Shown here piece after piece: positions 38,981-51,691 of a stretch of 64,000 bases of DNA. This DNA comes from Mobula hypostoma (Eukaryota). The position numbers and the translations under genes are program-made. The notes under the pieces are model-generated. The model did not search any database. It was not told the DNA's origin and saw only the letters and a list, made by a program, of their open reading frames with translations. Each line of letters begins with the position of its first letter. The first letter of the stretch is position 1. The DNA lies in assembly GCF_963921235.1 (NCBI RefSeq), contig NC_086108.1, forward strand, positions 114,206,001-114,270,000, in the 5' to 3' direction.

Positions 38981-41900
38981 TGTTTCTGTTGCCACTGACA
39001 CACATTGTGAAGTTTCTGGTTTTGCAGCAGCAGAACAGTATAATTTTTACCTTAAATAAAATTACTATAGTTACCAAAAGCTGACGAAGTATTGCAAAAA
39101 GAGAAGCAAAGTAGCAAGGGGGTATTCTTGAGTTCAATGTCCATTCAGAAGCCTGATGGCAAAGGCGAAAAAACCATTCCTGCAATGTTGAGTGTGTGTC
39201 TTCAGGCTCCTGTATTTCCTCCTTGTTGATAATAAAGAGAAGACATCTATCAAATATTGAAAGGCCTAGATAGGGTGCATGTAGAGAGGATGTTTCCTAT
39301 AGTGGGGGAGTCTAGGATCAGAGGACACAGCCTCAGAATAGAGAGATGTCCATTTAGAACAGAGATGAGGAGGAATTTCTTTAGCCAGAGGTTGGTGAAT
39401 CTGTGGAATTCATTACCACAGACAGCTTCTGAAGCCAAGTCATTGGGTATATTTAAAGTGGAGGTTAATTGTGAGGGTCAAAGGTTATGGGGAGAAGACA
39501 GGAGAATGGGGTTGAGAGGGATAATAAATCAGCCATGATGGAATAGCAGATCATACTCAATGGGCCAAATGGCCTAATTCCACCCCTATGTTTTATAGAA
39601 GATCGAATAGTACAGCACAGTACAGGCCTTTCAGCCCACAATGTTGTGCCGACCCTCAATCCCTACCTCCCATATAACCCCCCCACCTTAAATTCCTCCA
39701 TATACCTGTCTAGTAGTCTCTTAAATTTCACTAGTGTACCTGCCTCCACCACTGACTCAGGCAGTGCATTCCACACACCAACCACTGAGTTAAAAAAAAC
39801 CTTCCTCTAATATCCCCCTTGAACTTCCCACCCCTTACCTTAAAGCCATGTCCTCTTGTATTGAGCAGTGGTGCCCTGGGGAAGAGGTGCTGGCTATCCA
39901 CTGTATCTATTCCTCTTAATATCTTGTATACCTCGATCATGTCTCCTCTCATCCTCCTCTCCAAAGAGTAAAGTCCTAGCTCCCTTAATCTCTGATCATA
40001 ATGCATACTCTCTAAACCAGGCAGCATCCTGGTACATCTCCTCTGTACCCTTTCCAATGCTTCCACATCCTTCCTATAGTGAGGCGACCTGAACTGAACA
40101 CAGTACTCCAAGTGTGGCCTAACCAGAGTTTTATAGAGCTGCATCATTGCCCAGCGACTCTTAAACTCTACCCCTCGAATTATGAAAGCTAACACCCCAT
40201 AAGCTTTCTTAACTACCCTATCTACCTGTGAGGCAACTTTCAGGGATCTGTGGACTTGTACCCCGAGATCCCTCTGCTCCTCCACACTACCAAGTATCCT
40301 ACCATTTACTCCCTCCAATCCTCCGGTACCATTCCTGTGGACAACGAGGACATAAAGATCCTAGCCAGAGGCTCAGCAATCTCTTCCCTCGCCTCGTGGA
40401 GCAGCCCGGGGAATATTCCGTCCGGCCCCGGGGACTTATCCGTCCTAATGTATTTTAATAAATCCAACACCTCCTCTCCCTTAATATCAACATGCCCCAG
40501 AACATCAATTAAAAATTTTCCTGTCCTCTCTGATTCTGTCCTTTTCCATGATAATGCTAAAGGCCAGGGAGCGGTGGTCACTGTCCCCCAGATGCTCACC
40601 CACTGAGAGATCTGTGACCTGACCCGGTTCGTTACCTAATACTTGATCTAGTATGGCATTCCCCCTAGTCACCCTGTCAACATACTGTGACAGGAATCCA
40701 TCCTGGACACACTTAACAAACACTGCCCCGTCTAAACCCTTGGAACTAATCAGGTGCCAATCAATATTAGGGAAGTTAAAGTCACCCATGATAACAACCC
40801 TGTTATTTTTGCATCTTTCCAAAATCTGCCTCCCAATCTGTTCCTCGGTATCTCTGCTGATACCAGGGGGCCTATAGAATACTCCCAATAGAGAAACTGC
40901 TCCCTTCCTGTTCCTGACTTCCACCCATACTGACTCAAAAGAGGATCCTGCTACATTACCCACCCTTTCAGTAGCTGTAATAGTATCCCTGACCAGTAAT
41001 ACCACCCCTCCTCCCCTTCCCCTGCTCGCTATCCCTTTTAAAGCACTGAAATCCAGGAATATTGAGAATCCATTCCTGCCCTGGTGCCAGCCAAGTCTCT
41101 GTAATGGCCACTACATCATATTTCCATGTATGTGTCCAAGCTCTCAGTTCATCACCTTTGTTCCTGATGCTTCTTGCATTGAGGTACACACATTTCAGCC
41201 CTTCTACCTTACTGTCTTTACACTGTTTATTCTGCTTCTCTTTCCTCAAAGCCTCTCTGTATGTTAGATCTGGCTTTACTCCATGCACTTCTTTCACTGC
41301 TCTATCGCTCTGGGTCCCATCTCCCTTGCAAATTAGTTTAAACCCTCCCGAACCATGCTAGCAAACCTGCCTGCAAGGATATTGCTCCCCCTCGAGTTCA
41401 GGTGCAACCCATCCAATCTGTACAGGTCCCACCTTCCCCAGAAGAGATCCCAATGATCCAAAAATCTAAAACCCTGCTCCCTGCACCAACTCCTCAGCCG
41501 TGCATTCAACTGCCATCTCCTCCAATTCTTACCATCACTGTCACGTAGCACTGGCAGCAATCCTGAGAACGCCACCCTTGAGGTCCTGTTCTTCAGCCTT
41601 CTGCCTAGTTCCCGAAACTCACACTTCAGGACCTCATCCCTCTTCCTGCCAATGTCGTTGGTCCCAACATGTATCACGACTTCTGGTTGCTTTCCCTCTC
41701 GTATCAGGATGTCGTGCACCTGGTCAGAGACATCCCGGACCCTGGCACCCGGGAGGCAACAAACCATGTGGGTGTCCTTCTCACGTTCACAAAATCTCCT
41801 GTCTGCTCTCCTGACTATAGAGTCTCCAATGATGGCAGCTCTCCTCTTCTCCGTCCCACCCTTCTGCACCACAGAGTCAGACTCAGTGCCGGAGGCCCTG

Positions 41901-42528
41901 CCACTGTGGCCCATACCTGGTCGGTCGTCCCCGACAACAGTATCCAGGATGGTAAACTTATTATTCAGGGGAATGGCTACAGGGGTGCTCTGCACTACCC
42001 GTCTGCTCACCTTCGCTTTCCCCCTTCTGACTGTCACCCAACGACTTGCTTCTGACAGCCTAGGTGTGACTACCTCCCTGTAGCTCTCATCTATAACTGC
42101 CTCATTCTCCCTTATGAGTCGAAAGTCATCCAGCTGCTGCTCCAGATTCCTTACACGGTCTTCCAGATCTCCCAGCCGTATGCACTTCTGGCAGATGTGA
42201 CTCTGCGGGAGAAGGGCGTTCCCCCAAGACTGCCACATCTCACATGAAAGGCACATCACCATCTCAGGAGGCATTGTAAACACTAACTGGAAACAAGCTC
42301 GTCCTCCGCCTCTTCTCGTCAAAGCCTCGCGAGTCAAAGAGTCAAAGCCTCAAAGCTCCACTCCTTCACTGGCCCGCTCACTTACTGGCCGCTCCGCTTG
42401 AGCTATCCCTCTATTTATTTGTTTGAGCTGTTCAAACTGTTTGGTCACCTGACCTCAATTGCCCAATCAGCTGCTTTCTGCTGGGTCTGAGCTATTCAAA
42501 TCTTGATTGTCTGATCAACTGCTCTCTG

Positions 42529-45500
42529 GATAGGAGGCAAGGAGTGAGGCCCAATTACTGTAGTAGTTGGGGCTGTTGATTGAGTGGCTGGGGACTTTGG
42601 CGTGGAGGAGCCTTGTAGTTTGGAAAGGGTTAGTTTGTAGCCCATGGCTGCAAAAAGGAGGGGGGGGGGGTTGAGATTGAAGGGGGAGGGTAGGAGACTG
42701 TGGAATACTCTAGAAGTAAGGGTAGCCAAAAAAGGGGTGCATGAAGTGAAAGACCTGAAGTAATGGGGGACAACAAATTGAGGAAAATGGGTGAATTGGA
42801 GGAATTTATAGTTCTGTATAAAATTAAAGGTCAGAAGGAAGGAGAAGGAGGACTTAGAGCCCTTAATCCTTTGAAAGTGGCAGCAGCATTAGAAAACCAA
42901 ATCGGTAAAGGATTCCAGGCCAAGATTTTGTCTAATGGATTGCTGAAAATTCGTTGCAAAGATATTGACCAGTATAACATAGAAACATAGAAAATAGGTG
43001 CAGGAGTAGGCCATTCGGCCCTTCGAGCCTGCACCACCATTTATTATGATCATGGCTGATCATCCAACTCAGAACCCCACCCCAGCCTTCCCTCCATACC
43101 CCCTGACCCCTGTAGCCACAAGGGCCTATCTAACTCCCTCTTAAACATAGCCAATGAACTGGCCTCAACAGTTTGCTGTGGCAGAGAATTCCACAGATTC
43201 ACCACGCTCTGTGTGAAGAAGTTTTTCCTAATCTCGGTCCTAAAAGGCTTCCCCTCTATCCTCAAACTGTGACCCCTCGTTCTGGACCTCCCCAACATCG
43301 GGAACAATCTTCCCGCATCTAGCCTGTCCAATCCCTTTAGGATCTTATACGTTTCAATCAGATCCCCCCTCAATCTTCTAAATTCCAACGAGTACAAGCC
43401 CAGTTCATCCAGTCTTTCTTCATATGAAAGTCCTGCCATCCCAGGAATCAATCTGGTGAACCTTCTTTGTACTCCCTCTATGGCAAAGATGTCTTTCCTC
43501 AGATTAGGGGACCAAAACTGCACACAATACTCCAGGTGTGGTCTCACCAAGGCCTTGTACAACTGCAGTAGTACCTCCCTGCTCCTGTACTCGAATCCTC
43601 TCGCTATAAATGCCAGCATACCATTCGCCTTTTTCACCGCCTGCTGTACCTGCATGCCCACTTTCAATGACTGGTGTATAATGACACCCAGGTCTCGTTG
43701 CACCTCCCCTTTTCCTAATCGGCCACCATTCAGATAATAATCTGTTTTCCTATTTTTGCCACCAAAGTGGATAACTTCACATTTATCCACATTAAATTGC
43801 ATCTGCCATGAGTTTGCCCACTCACCCAACCTATCCAAGTCACCCTGCATCCTCTTAGCATCCTCCTCACTGCTAACACTGCCACCCAGCTTCGTGTCAT
43901 CTGCAAACTTGGAGATGCTGCATTTAATTCCCTCATCCAAGTCATTAATATATATTGTAAACAACTGGGGTCCCAGCACTGAGCCTTGCGGTACCCCACT
44001 AGTTACCGCCTGCCATTCTGAAAAGGTCCCGTTTATTCCCACTCTTTGCTTCCTGTCTGCTAACCAATTCTCCACCCACACCAATACCTTACCCCGATAC
44101 CGTGTGCTTTAAGTTTGCCCACTAATCTCCTGTGTGGGACCTTGTCAAAAGCCTTTTGAAAATCCAAATATACCAAATATAACAGTGCTAAAATGGTGGA
44201 AAAATTGGTTGTGAAAGTGGAGTGTATTACTCTGAAAGAAAGGAAGGGAGTTAAAGGGGTAATGTATGGTATTTGGTCTGGCATGACTGAAAAGGAAATT
44301 TTGGACAATATTAAAGGTGGTCGAGTGATTGAAGCCAAACGATTAAAATCGAGAGAAGGTGGTAATTGGGATTCCCCTGTTCTTCTGGTTCTTGCAGGTG
44401 ATGTTCTTCCAACTAGAGCCTATCTTGGGTGCATGTCTTATCAAGTTAGAGAATACATTAGACCTCCCTTGTGCTGTTATAATTGCCAGAGATTTGGACA
44501 TGTTGCTGGTTCATATCAAGGTAAAAGAAGATGTATGAAATGTGGAGAGGATCATGATATTAAAGCATGTAAGGCAGCGGTGCCTAAATGCAGTAATTGT
44601 GGAGGGGACCATGTAGCGGTGTTCAGAGGATGTGAGTATTTTAGTAAGGCAAAGCAGATTCAGGATGTTAGTATCCAACAAAAAATATCATATGCTGAAG
44701 CAGTAAAGAAAGTTGATAGAGAGCAAAGGATAAATAAAGAAAAGATTGGAATGGTGGGGAGTCGGTTCGTTCCGAGTTCTCCAACTATGGCTCCTTCAGG
44801 CATGTCGTTGATGACTAAAGAGTCTTTTTTGGCATTTGTTGTTGATATACTGGTTGGGGCTAAAACTACAGCCAAGAGGTCGGATATGATAAAAGTAGTT
44901 GTTGGAACTGCAGAGAGATTCCTTGATATAAAACAGATTTCGCTGGAAAAATTACATGAGTATATGACAGACAAACAATCACTGAATACTTCCCAGTTGT
45001 CGGGATCAGAGAGTAGGGAGGAGCTTTATGTGGATGAAGAGGCCAATAATTAGTATTTGGATGTTTTTAATATTACAATGGAATGCAAGAAGTTTATCTG
45101 CAAATGGTCAAGAATTAAAAAGATTTGTTGGAACTTTTAAAGACAAGTCTGATTTGATCTGTATACAGAAGACATGGTTAAAGCCTCATTTAGGTTTTGT
45201 GATCCCTGGATAGGATAGTTTGAGAGCTGACAGAACAGGTAAATCTGGTGGAGGGTGTGCAACTTTCATAAAAACAGGACTCCAGTTTAGAAGGCTTGAT
45301 TTTAAATCTAACCTTGAAATTGTGGCTGTGGAGGTTTGGAGCTCTCGTGGTCAAATAACTTTGATTAACTTTTATAATCCAGGTAATATGATGTTATCAG
45401 ATTTGGATGAAATTATGAATAAGGTAAGATTCCCAGTAATCTGGGTTGGAGATTTCAATGCCCATAATTCTATATGGGGTAGTGAAAGTAAAGATAGTAA

Positions 45501-48500
45501 CGGAGTGGTGGTAGAGGAGTTTCTTGATAAATACAACATGGTACTGCTAAATGACGGAAGGCCTACAAGATTTAATATTGTAAAGAATACTTCTAGTCAC
45601 TTAAACTTATCTATCACTTCCTCAAATTTAGCTAGGGTTGGGGAATGGGATGTTATGGACAGATACACACTAGGAAGTGATCACTATCCTATATTATGTA
45701 GATTTGGTAGAAATTTGATAGTAGAAGTTGAGGAGAGGTCTGACAGGTATAATTTTTCTTTGGCCCATTGGGATGAGTACCAGGAGAAAGCTGTGGATAT
45801 AATAGAAGAGATTAATAGTGAGGACTCCATAGACGATTGGAATGAATCCCTCTGTTCCATAATTCATAAAGTTGCTCAGTTGACTATTCCGCTACGGAAT
45901 GTACTTAAGGCTTGAGCATTAGTTCCGTGGTGGAATAAAAATTGTGATATAGCAGTAAGAAACAGAAATAGAGCTTACAGGAAATTAAGAAAGTACCCAG
46001 TGTTAGATAATGTCATGGAGTATAAAAAGGAAAGAGCAGTAGCAAGGAGAGTAATTAAAAATACGAAGAGGGATAGTTGGAGAAGATTTTGTGGAACCCT
46101 GGGCCCTGAGACACCTATAAAGCAGCTATGGATGATCATTCACAGAATGTCAGGGATATATAGGAAACCATCTATCCCAGCTTTGCTGGAAGGAGATATT
46201 GAAGCTGTAACCAATAAGGAAAAGGCTGATATGTTTGTAGAGATGTTCTAAGCGTTACACAGTTCTGGAGAGTTAGGTGATTTGAGAAAGGAAATTATCT
46301 TAAAGGAAAGTTGGAAATTGGACAGGAGTTTGGATGATAATAGCTCCATAAATTTATTTTTCTCCCTTCAGGAATTGCGGGAAGCTGTCCAATCAGGTTC
46401 AAACACTTCTCCTAGTAGTGATGGACTGTGTTATGAATTGCTTAAGCATTTAGATGACTCTGTATTGATAGAAATTCTAGCATTGTTTAATTCAGTGTGG
46501 AAAGAAGGAAAATTACCAGTAGAATGGAAGCATGCAGTGATAGTTCCAGTTTTAAAGCCAGGTAAGGATGCATCTAGTCCTAGTTCGTATCAGCCTATAG
46601 CTTTAACATCAGTGCTTTGTAAAACTATGGAACAAATGGTCACCAACAGACTTGCTTATTTTTTGGAAAATAAGGGACATTTTGCTGCCTATCAAAATGG
46701 TTTTAGAACTGGAAGATCAACAATGGAATGTGTTGCCCTTTTAGATCATGATATTAAAAAAGCATTTCAAAATAGAGAATTAATGGTAAGTGTATTTCTA
46801 GATATTGAAAGAGCATATGACTCACTATGGAAGGATGGCTTATTAATTAAACTCTATTATGCGGGAATTAGAGGTAGAATGTTTAATTGGATCAAAGATT
46901 TCCTTAAGCAAAGGACAATTCAAGTAAGAATAGGCAGAACAAGCTCCAGGTCAGTTAAAATAGGAAATGGCACCACTCAAGGAAGTGTCATTAGTCCAAT
47001 TCTTTTTAATGTCATGATAAACGATATCTTTGATCAGGTAGGGACAGGATTTGGTAAATCATTGTTTGCAGATGATGGTGCAATCTGGAAAAGAGGAAGA
47101 AACATCAAGTATATATTAAGGCAGGTACAAAAGGCTTTAAGATTAGTTGAAAACTGGGCTAATAAATGGGGTTTCAGGATTTCTGCTTCTAAGTCCAAAT
47201 ACATGATTTTGGCTTTAGAAGAAGGATTCCTGATTGTGAATTGTGCCTATATGATTCTCCACTAGAAAGAGTCAAGGTATTCAAGTTTTTAGGTGTCTGG
47301 TTTGATGAAAGACTTACTTGGAGGGTTCATATAGATAAAACAATTGGCAAGTGTGAGAAAGTTTTAAGTGTTATGAGAAGTATTGCTGGATGTGACTGGG
47401 GAGCAGGGCGGGAAACTATGTACTTAATATATCTAGCTACGATTAGATCAGTTATAGATTATGGTTGTATTGCTTATGGTTCTGCAGCTACGGCAGTGCT
47501 TGGAAAACTAGACACTGTGCAGTCCAAAGCATTTAGACTCTGTTGTGGAGCTTTTAGAACAACATCAGTCCCGGCATTATGTGTGGAGATGGGAGAAGTG
47601 CCTCTACATTTAAGACGAGTTCAGTTGGCCCTGCAGTATTGGGTAAAACTAAATGGATTCAATCACAGCTGTTCACCAAAGTGTCTTTTGCAGGGGAAGT
47701 GGGAGCGCCAAAGTAAAATTAAAAGATACCCATTTTTTGATTTGGTTAATAACTGGGCTGTGAAATTGAAACTGACTGAGGAAGACATAGTTGACCCAAT
47801 TCGCTTGCCACCCGTCCCTTTTTGGCTCTTTCCAGAACCAGAAGTAGACCTATTCCTCCTTTTTCAGCTTCAAGGAAGCAGTGCAATTTCATCAGCGTTG
47901 ATCACAAATGAGTATTTAAATAATAAATGGGGATCTTATCTGAAGATTTTTACTGATGGCTCAGTGGACCCAGAGAGCAGTAGGGCAGGATTTGGGATGT
48001 ATGTGTTTCAACTTGGAGTTAAGATTGGTCACCGGGTTTCAGATGGTGTTTCTGTCTTTGCAACAGAATTATTAGCAATCCTCTGGGCCGTATGGTGGAT
48101 AGAAGACTCTCGACTACGGAGGGTTATCATCTGTTCAGATTCTGCTGCTGCCTTAGAGTCTATAAAAGGGAGTAAATCAAAAGCTCGTCCTGACATAGTT
48201 ATTGAGATTCTCTTAGTGTTGTTTAGAGTAGGTAAGATGGGTTGTGCAGTTAGATTTTCATGGATACCTGGGCATACTGGGGTGGAGGGAAATGAAGTTG
48301 TGGATGGCATTGCAAAGTCTTCCTTACAGAGCAGGCAAGTAGAAATTAGAGTTCCCCTAGGCAGAGCAGAATTGAGAAGTAGGATTAAAAAAGGTATAGA
48401 GAAGAAGTGGCAGGAGGATTGGAAAAATGAATTAAGGAGCAGGCATTATTTTTCTAGTCACCCACTAGTTAAAAAGGTCTCAGACTGTTACCTTTTAAGT

Positions 48501-48878
48501 CGTAGAGATATGGTGAAATTTACAAGACTTAGGTTGGGGCATTGTGGGCTAAACTATTATTTAAAGATAATAGGAAAACATCCTACTGGATCATGTGACT
48601 GTGGTAGTCCAGAGACAGTCCAGCATGATTTGCTGAGCTGTAATCGATGCAAAACTGAATGTTGTTCAAGAGGCTATGTGGCTTAAATTTATTTTGGTTT
48701 TCTATTAAGAGAATCGACATCTGATTGAAGAGTCTATTATTCAGTTCATACGTGAGACGAGGTTGTATTCGAGAATTTGAGTTCCTTGAAGTTCTATAAT
48801 TAATTATACACCCTGCGGAGGGCTGTAATATGCCTAGGTGCAACTAAACAGCTGGAAATTGAAGAAGAAGAAGAAGAA
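42529..48878 (+). mobile_element. Near full-length Nimb/I-group LINE: gag-like ORF1 (3 zinc knuckles) and ORF2 APE-RT-RNase H-zinc finger
   Basis: CYNCQRFGH, CMKCGEDH, CSNCGGDH; LQWNARSL, GDFNAH, GSDHYPI, QGSVISP, LFADD, FTDGS, ATELLAI, SDS, WIPGH.GVEGNE, CDCGSPETVQH. (GAA)n tail. Probable TSD AACTGCTyTCTG at 42517 and 48877. Confidence 0.88.
42980..44177 (-). mobile_element. Young CR1 (subfamily B) inserted in Nimb ORF1
   Basis: 344-aa open RT frame; TSD TATAACA at 42973-42979 and 44178-44184. Confidence 0.92.
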
Positions 48879-49184
48879 CTGCTTTCTGCTGAGCTATTCA
48901 AATCTTGATTGACTTGATTGAACAGTCCGACTGCCAAAACTGCCAGAATCTCTCGAGTCAAAGCCTCAAAGCTCTACTCCTTCACTGGCCCACTCACGCA
49001 CTGGCCGCTTTCCACAGCTTTTTTATGGTCTTCTGGTTTGAATATAGGACAGTACAGCACAGTACAGGCCAATCTACCCACAATATGCCGACTTTATAAC
49101 CTTCTCTAAGATTAATCTAACCCTTCCTTCCTACCTAATCCTATATAGACCTTCTTAAATGTCCAGAAGGCATTTAGCAAAGAG

Positions 49185-49620
49185 AAAAATCACAAACAAG
49201 GGAAAATCTGCAGATGCTGGAAATCCAAGCAACACCCACAAGATGCTGGAGGAACTCAGCAGGCCAGGCAGCAGAGTACAGTCGATGATTTGGGCCGAGA
49301 CCCTTCATAGATACTAGCTTGATTCCATGGTGTGTAACTCTATGAACTCCATAAAGACATGGAGCGTATTGTGTGATAACATAAACACAAGAGATTCTGC
49401 AGATGCTGAAAATCCAGAGCAACACACACAAAATGCTGAAGGAGCTCAGCAGGTCAGGCAGCATCTATGGAGGAGAATAAACAGTCAACGTTTTGGTCTG
49501 AGATCTTTCGTCAGGACTGGAAAGGAAGGTGGAAGAAGCCAGAGTAAGAAAGTGGGGGATGGGAAGGTGTACAAGCTGGCAGGTTATAGGTGAAGCCAGG
49601 TGAAGGGGAAGGTTTGTGAG
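49185..49620 (-). mobile_element. Two Penelope-like terminal repeat fragments with degenerate hammerhead cores
   Basis: ctgcagatgctgg..cagcaggccaggcagca blocks; decayed CTGAnGA..GAAA at about 49280-49310 and 49482-49515. Confidence 0.65.
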
Positions 49621-50254
49621 TGTACAGTATGTGTGATAACAATCTCCTTGCCAAAGGGGGAGAGTGGTCAAAGGGGGAAGAATAGCCAAAGTACCTCAGA
49701 ATGACTCCTGGAATTGTGGTAGTGAAGTACAAGAGGTGGAAATCTGAAACATATTCTGGAGGGAGAAAGAGTCAATGTTTCAGGCCCAGAAAACTTAAGA
49801 ACTTCTCACGAGGTGTCCTGGCCTGAGACGTGTACTGTTTCTGTCTCAACAGACCCCGCCTGGCTGGTTGGGTGTTTCCAGCGATTTGAGGATATGGGGT
49901 CACACATTCGGGCTGAGATGTGGAGAAAATTCTTCAGCAGAGGGTGGTGAACCTGTGGAATTCTCTCCCCCGAGGGCTGCTGACGCCAAGTCCCTGTGTG
50001 TATGAGATTAACAGATTTTCAGATGCACAATGAATTTAAGGTGTGCGGAGAGAGCAGGAAAATGGCATTGAGGTAGAGGATCGATGAGGATGTCATCTAG
50101 AACACTTTTGAAGGGCTGAATGGACTTCCCACTCTTATTTTCTGTTATACTGGAAGTAATGGGTAACTCTGTTCATTGGATATGTTGGACATCAGGACCT
50201 GTTGAACTTACGGTTGACTCCTAAAAGCTGTAAGGGCCCAGTCAGAAGATAGAG

Positions 50255-50451
50255 TAACACACATCAAAGTTGCTGGTGAATGCAGCAGGTCAGGCAGCAT
50301 CTCTAGGAAGAGGTACAGTCCTGGCGAAGGGGCTCGGTCCGAAACGTCGACTGCACCTCTTCCTAGAGATGCTGCCTGGCCTGCTGCGTTCACCAGCAAC
50401 TTTGATGTGTGTTGCTTGAATTTCCAGCATCTGCAGAATTCCTTGTGTTTA
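50255..50451 (+). mobile_element. 197-bp Penelope-derived hairpin element with hammerhead-like loop (A6 mutated)
   Basis: Inverted arms of about 65 bp; loop CTGGCGAagggctcggtccGAAACGTC; TSD CAGAAGATAGrG at 50243 and 50452. Confidence 0.8.
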
Positions 50452-50599
50452 CAGAAGATAGGGTGCTGTTCAGTGACTGGGTGGGAGCTGCAGTGGGGGG
50501 TGTGTGGTCAGACTGGGAGAACAGTGGAGAGCGACAGGACACAGGAAGCTCAGGACTGCCCTCACATCTGTTCAACCTCTCCCCATGATTGGAGGTTGT

Positions 50600-51432
50600 T
50601 GAGACACTAGGTTGTCCTTCTGATGAATTACACGATTTGTCCAAAGACAGAGTACGTGGATGTGGTGAAGATTGATTTCCTTCTCTTTTGCCTAGTCCCA
50701 CTTTTACCAAAACCAAGGTGTAGCTGTGACCCCTGCTGTACCTGCCTTTTTGTTGGCTATCTAGAACAGTCCACGTTCCAAGCCTTCCCCGATAATGCTC
50801 CCCAAGTTCTTCTCTGCTACATTGACAACGCCATTGGTGCTGCTTCCTGCACACATGCTGAGCTCGTTGACTTCATCAACTTCAACTCAAAATTCCATCT
50901 GCCCTCAAATTCAACTGATCTGTTTCTGACTCCTCCCTCCCCTTTCTCAATCTCTCTGTCTCCGTCTCTGGAGATGGTCTGTCCGCTGATATCTCTTATA
51001 AACTTACTGACTCTCACAGCTATCTTGACAATACTTTACCTGTAAAAATCCTGTCCCTGTTTCTCAGTTCCTTCGACAGTGCCACACCTGTCCTGGGTTG
51101 AGGCTTTCTTTTCCAGGACATCCGGGATGCTCTCTTTCTCAGAAAACGGGGTTTCCCTTCCATGGGGCTGATCTCACCCCCATCAGGTTCCTTCTTCAGC
51201 CCTCTCCCCCTTCCCAGCTTCTCACTTCATCTCTACCACCCCCCACCCACTTACCTGGTCTCGCCTGTCACCTGCCAGCGTCTACTGCTTCCCCTCCCCC
51301 CACCTTCTCATTCTGGCTTCTACCCCCTCCCTTTCCAGTCCCGACGATGGTCTTGCCTGAAATATTGACTGTATATCCCCCTCTGTGCATGCTGCCTGAC
51401 CTGCTAAGTTCCTCTGGCATTTTGTATGCGTT
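50600..51432 (+). mobile_element. Penelope-like element RT remnant plus terminal repeat
   Basis: CLFVGYLEQS..CYIDNAIG..AELVDFINF..DSSLPF..TDSHSYL is PLE-type RT; decayed hammerhead ccagtcCCGACGAtggtcttgcctGAAAtattgactg at about 51335-51372. Confidence 0.75.
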
Positions 51433-51691
51433 ACTTAAGGTTAAAATGACATTCGCTTTGACCTGCCTTGGTCTTCTCTCGCTGCATACGGGCACTCGGG
51501 CAGCAGAACACTGATCCGGGTGTTGGGTAACGAACCGCTGGGGCTGAGGAGGAACCCAGGTCAGTCCGAGTCAGTGAGGGACCAAGTCCGTGGTTGTTCA
51601 CAACTGGAGTACGGAGTGGGGGGAGGGAGGGAGAGGGGGTGGGGGAGTGTGTGTGTGAGGGAGAGAGAGAGAGGGAAAGGGAAACAGAGAG

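Larger units (their letters stand above)
39595..49015 (-). mobile_element. CR1 LINE with intact esterase ORF1 (41333-42337), APE, deleted RT and repeated 5' UTR; hosts a Nimb-like insertion
   Basis: CLSCEMW..HICQKC, IIGDSIVR, HVGTNDIG, DGLHLN; YLNARS..GDFN..GDSDH. Two abrupt jumps at about 40505 and 40310 remove most of the RT. The 5' UTR motif gagtcaaagcctcaaagct occurs on both sides of the insert. Confidence 0.85.

Noticed and set aside
41333..42337. Host SGNH/GDSL esterase gene
   Set aside because: It is directly followed by a CR1 APE domain and has two decayed paralogues in the window, so it is CR1 ORF1.
44193..48686. Endogenous retrovirus gag-pol (zinc knuckles, RT, RNase H)
   Set aside because: It has an APE endonuclease and a simple-repeat tail, with no protease, integrase or LTRs, so it is a non-LTR element.
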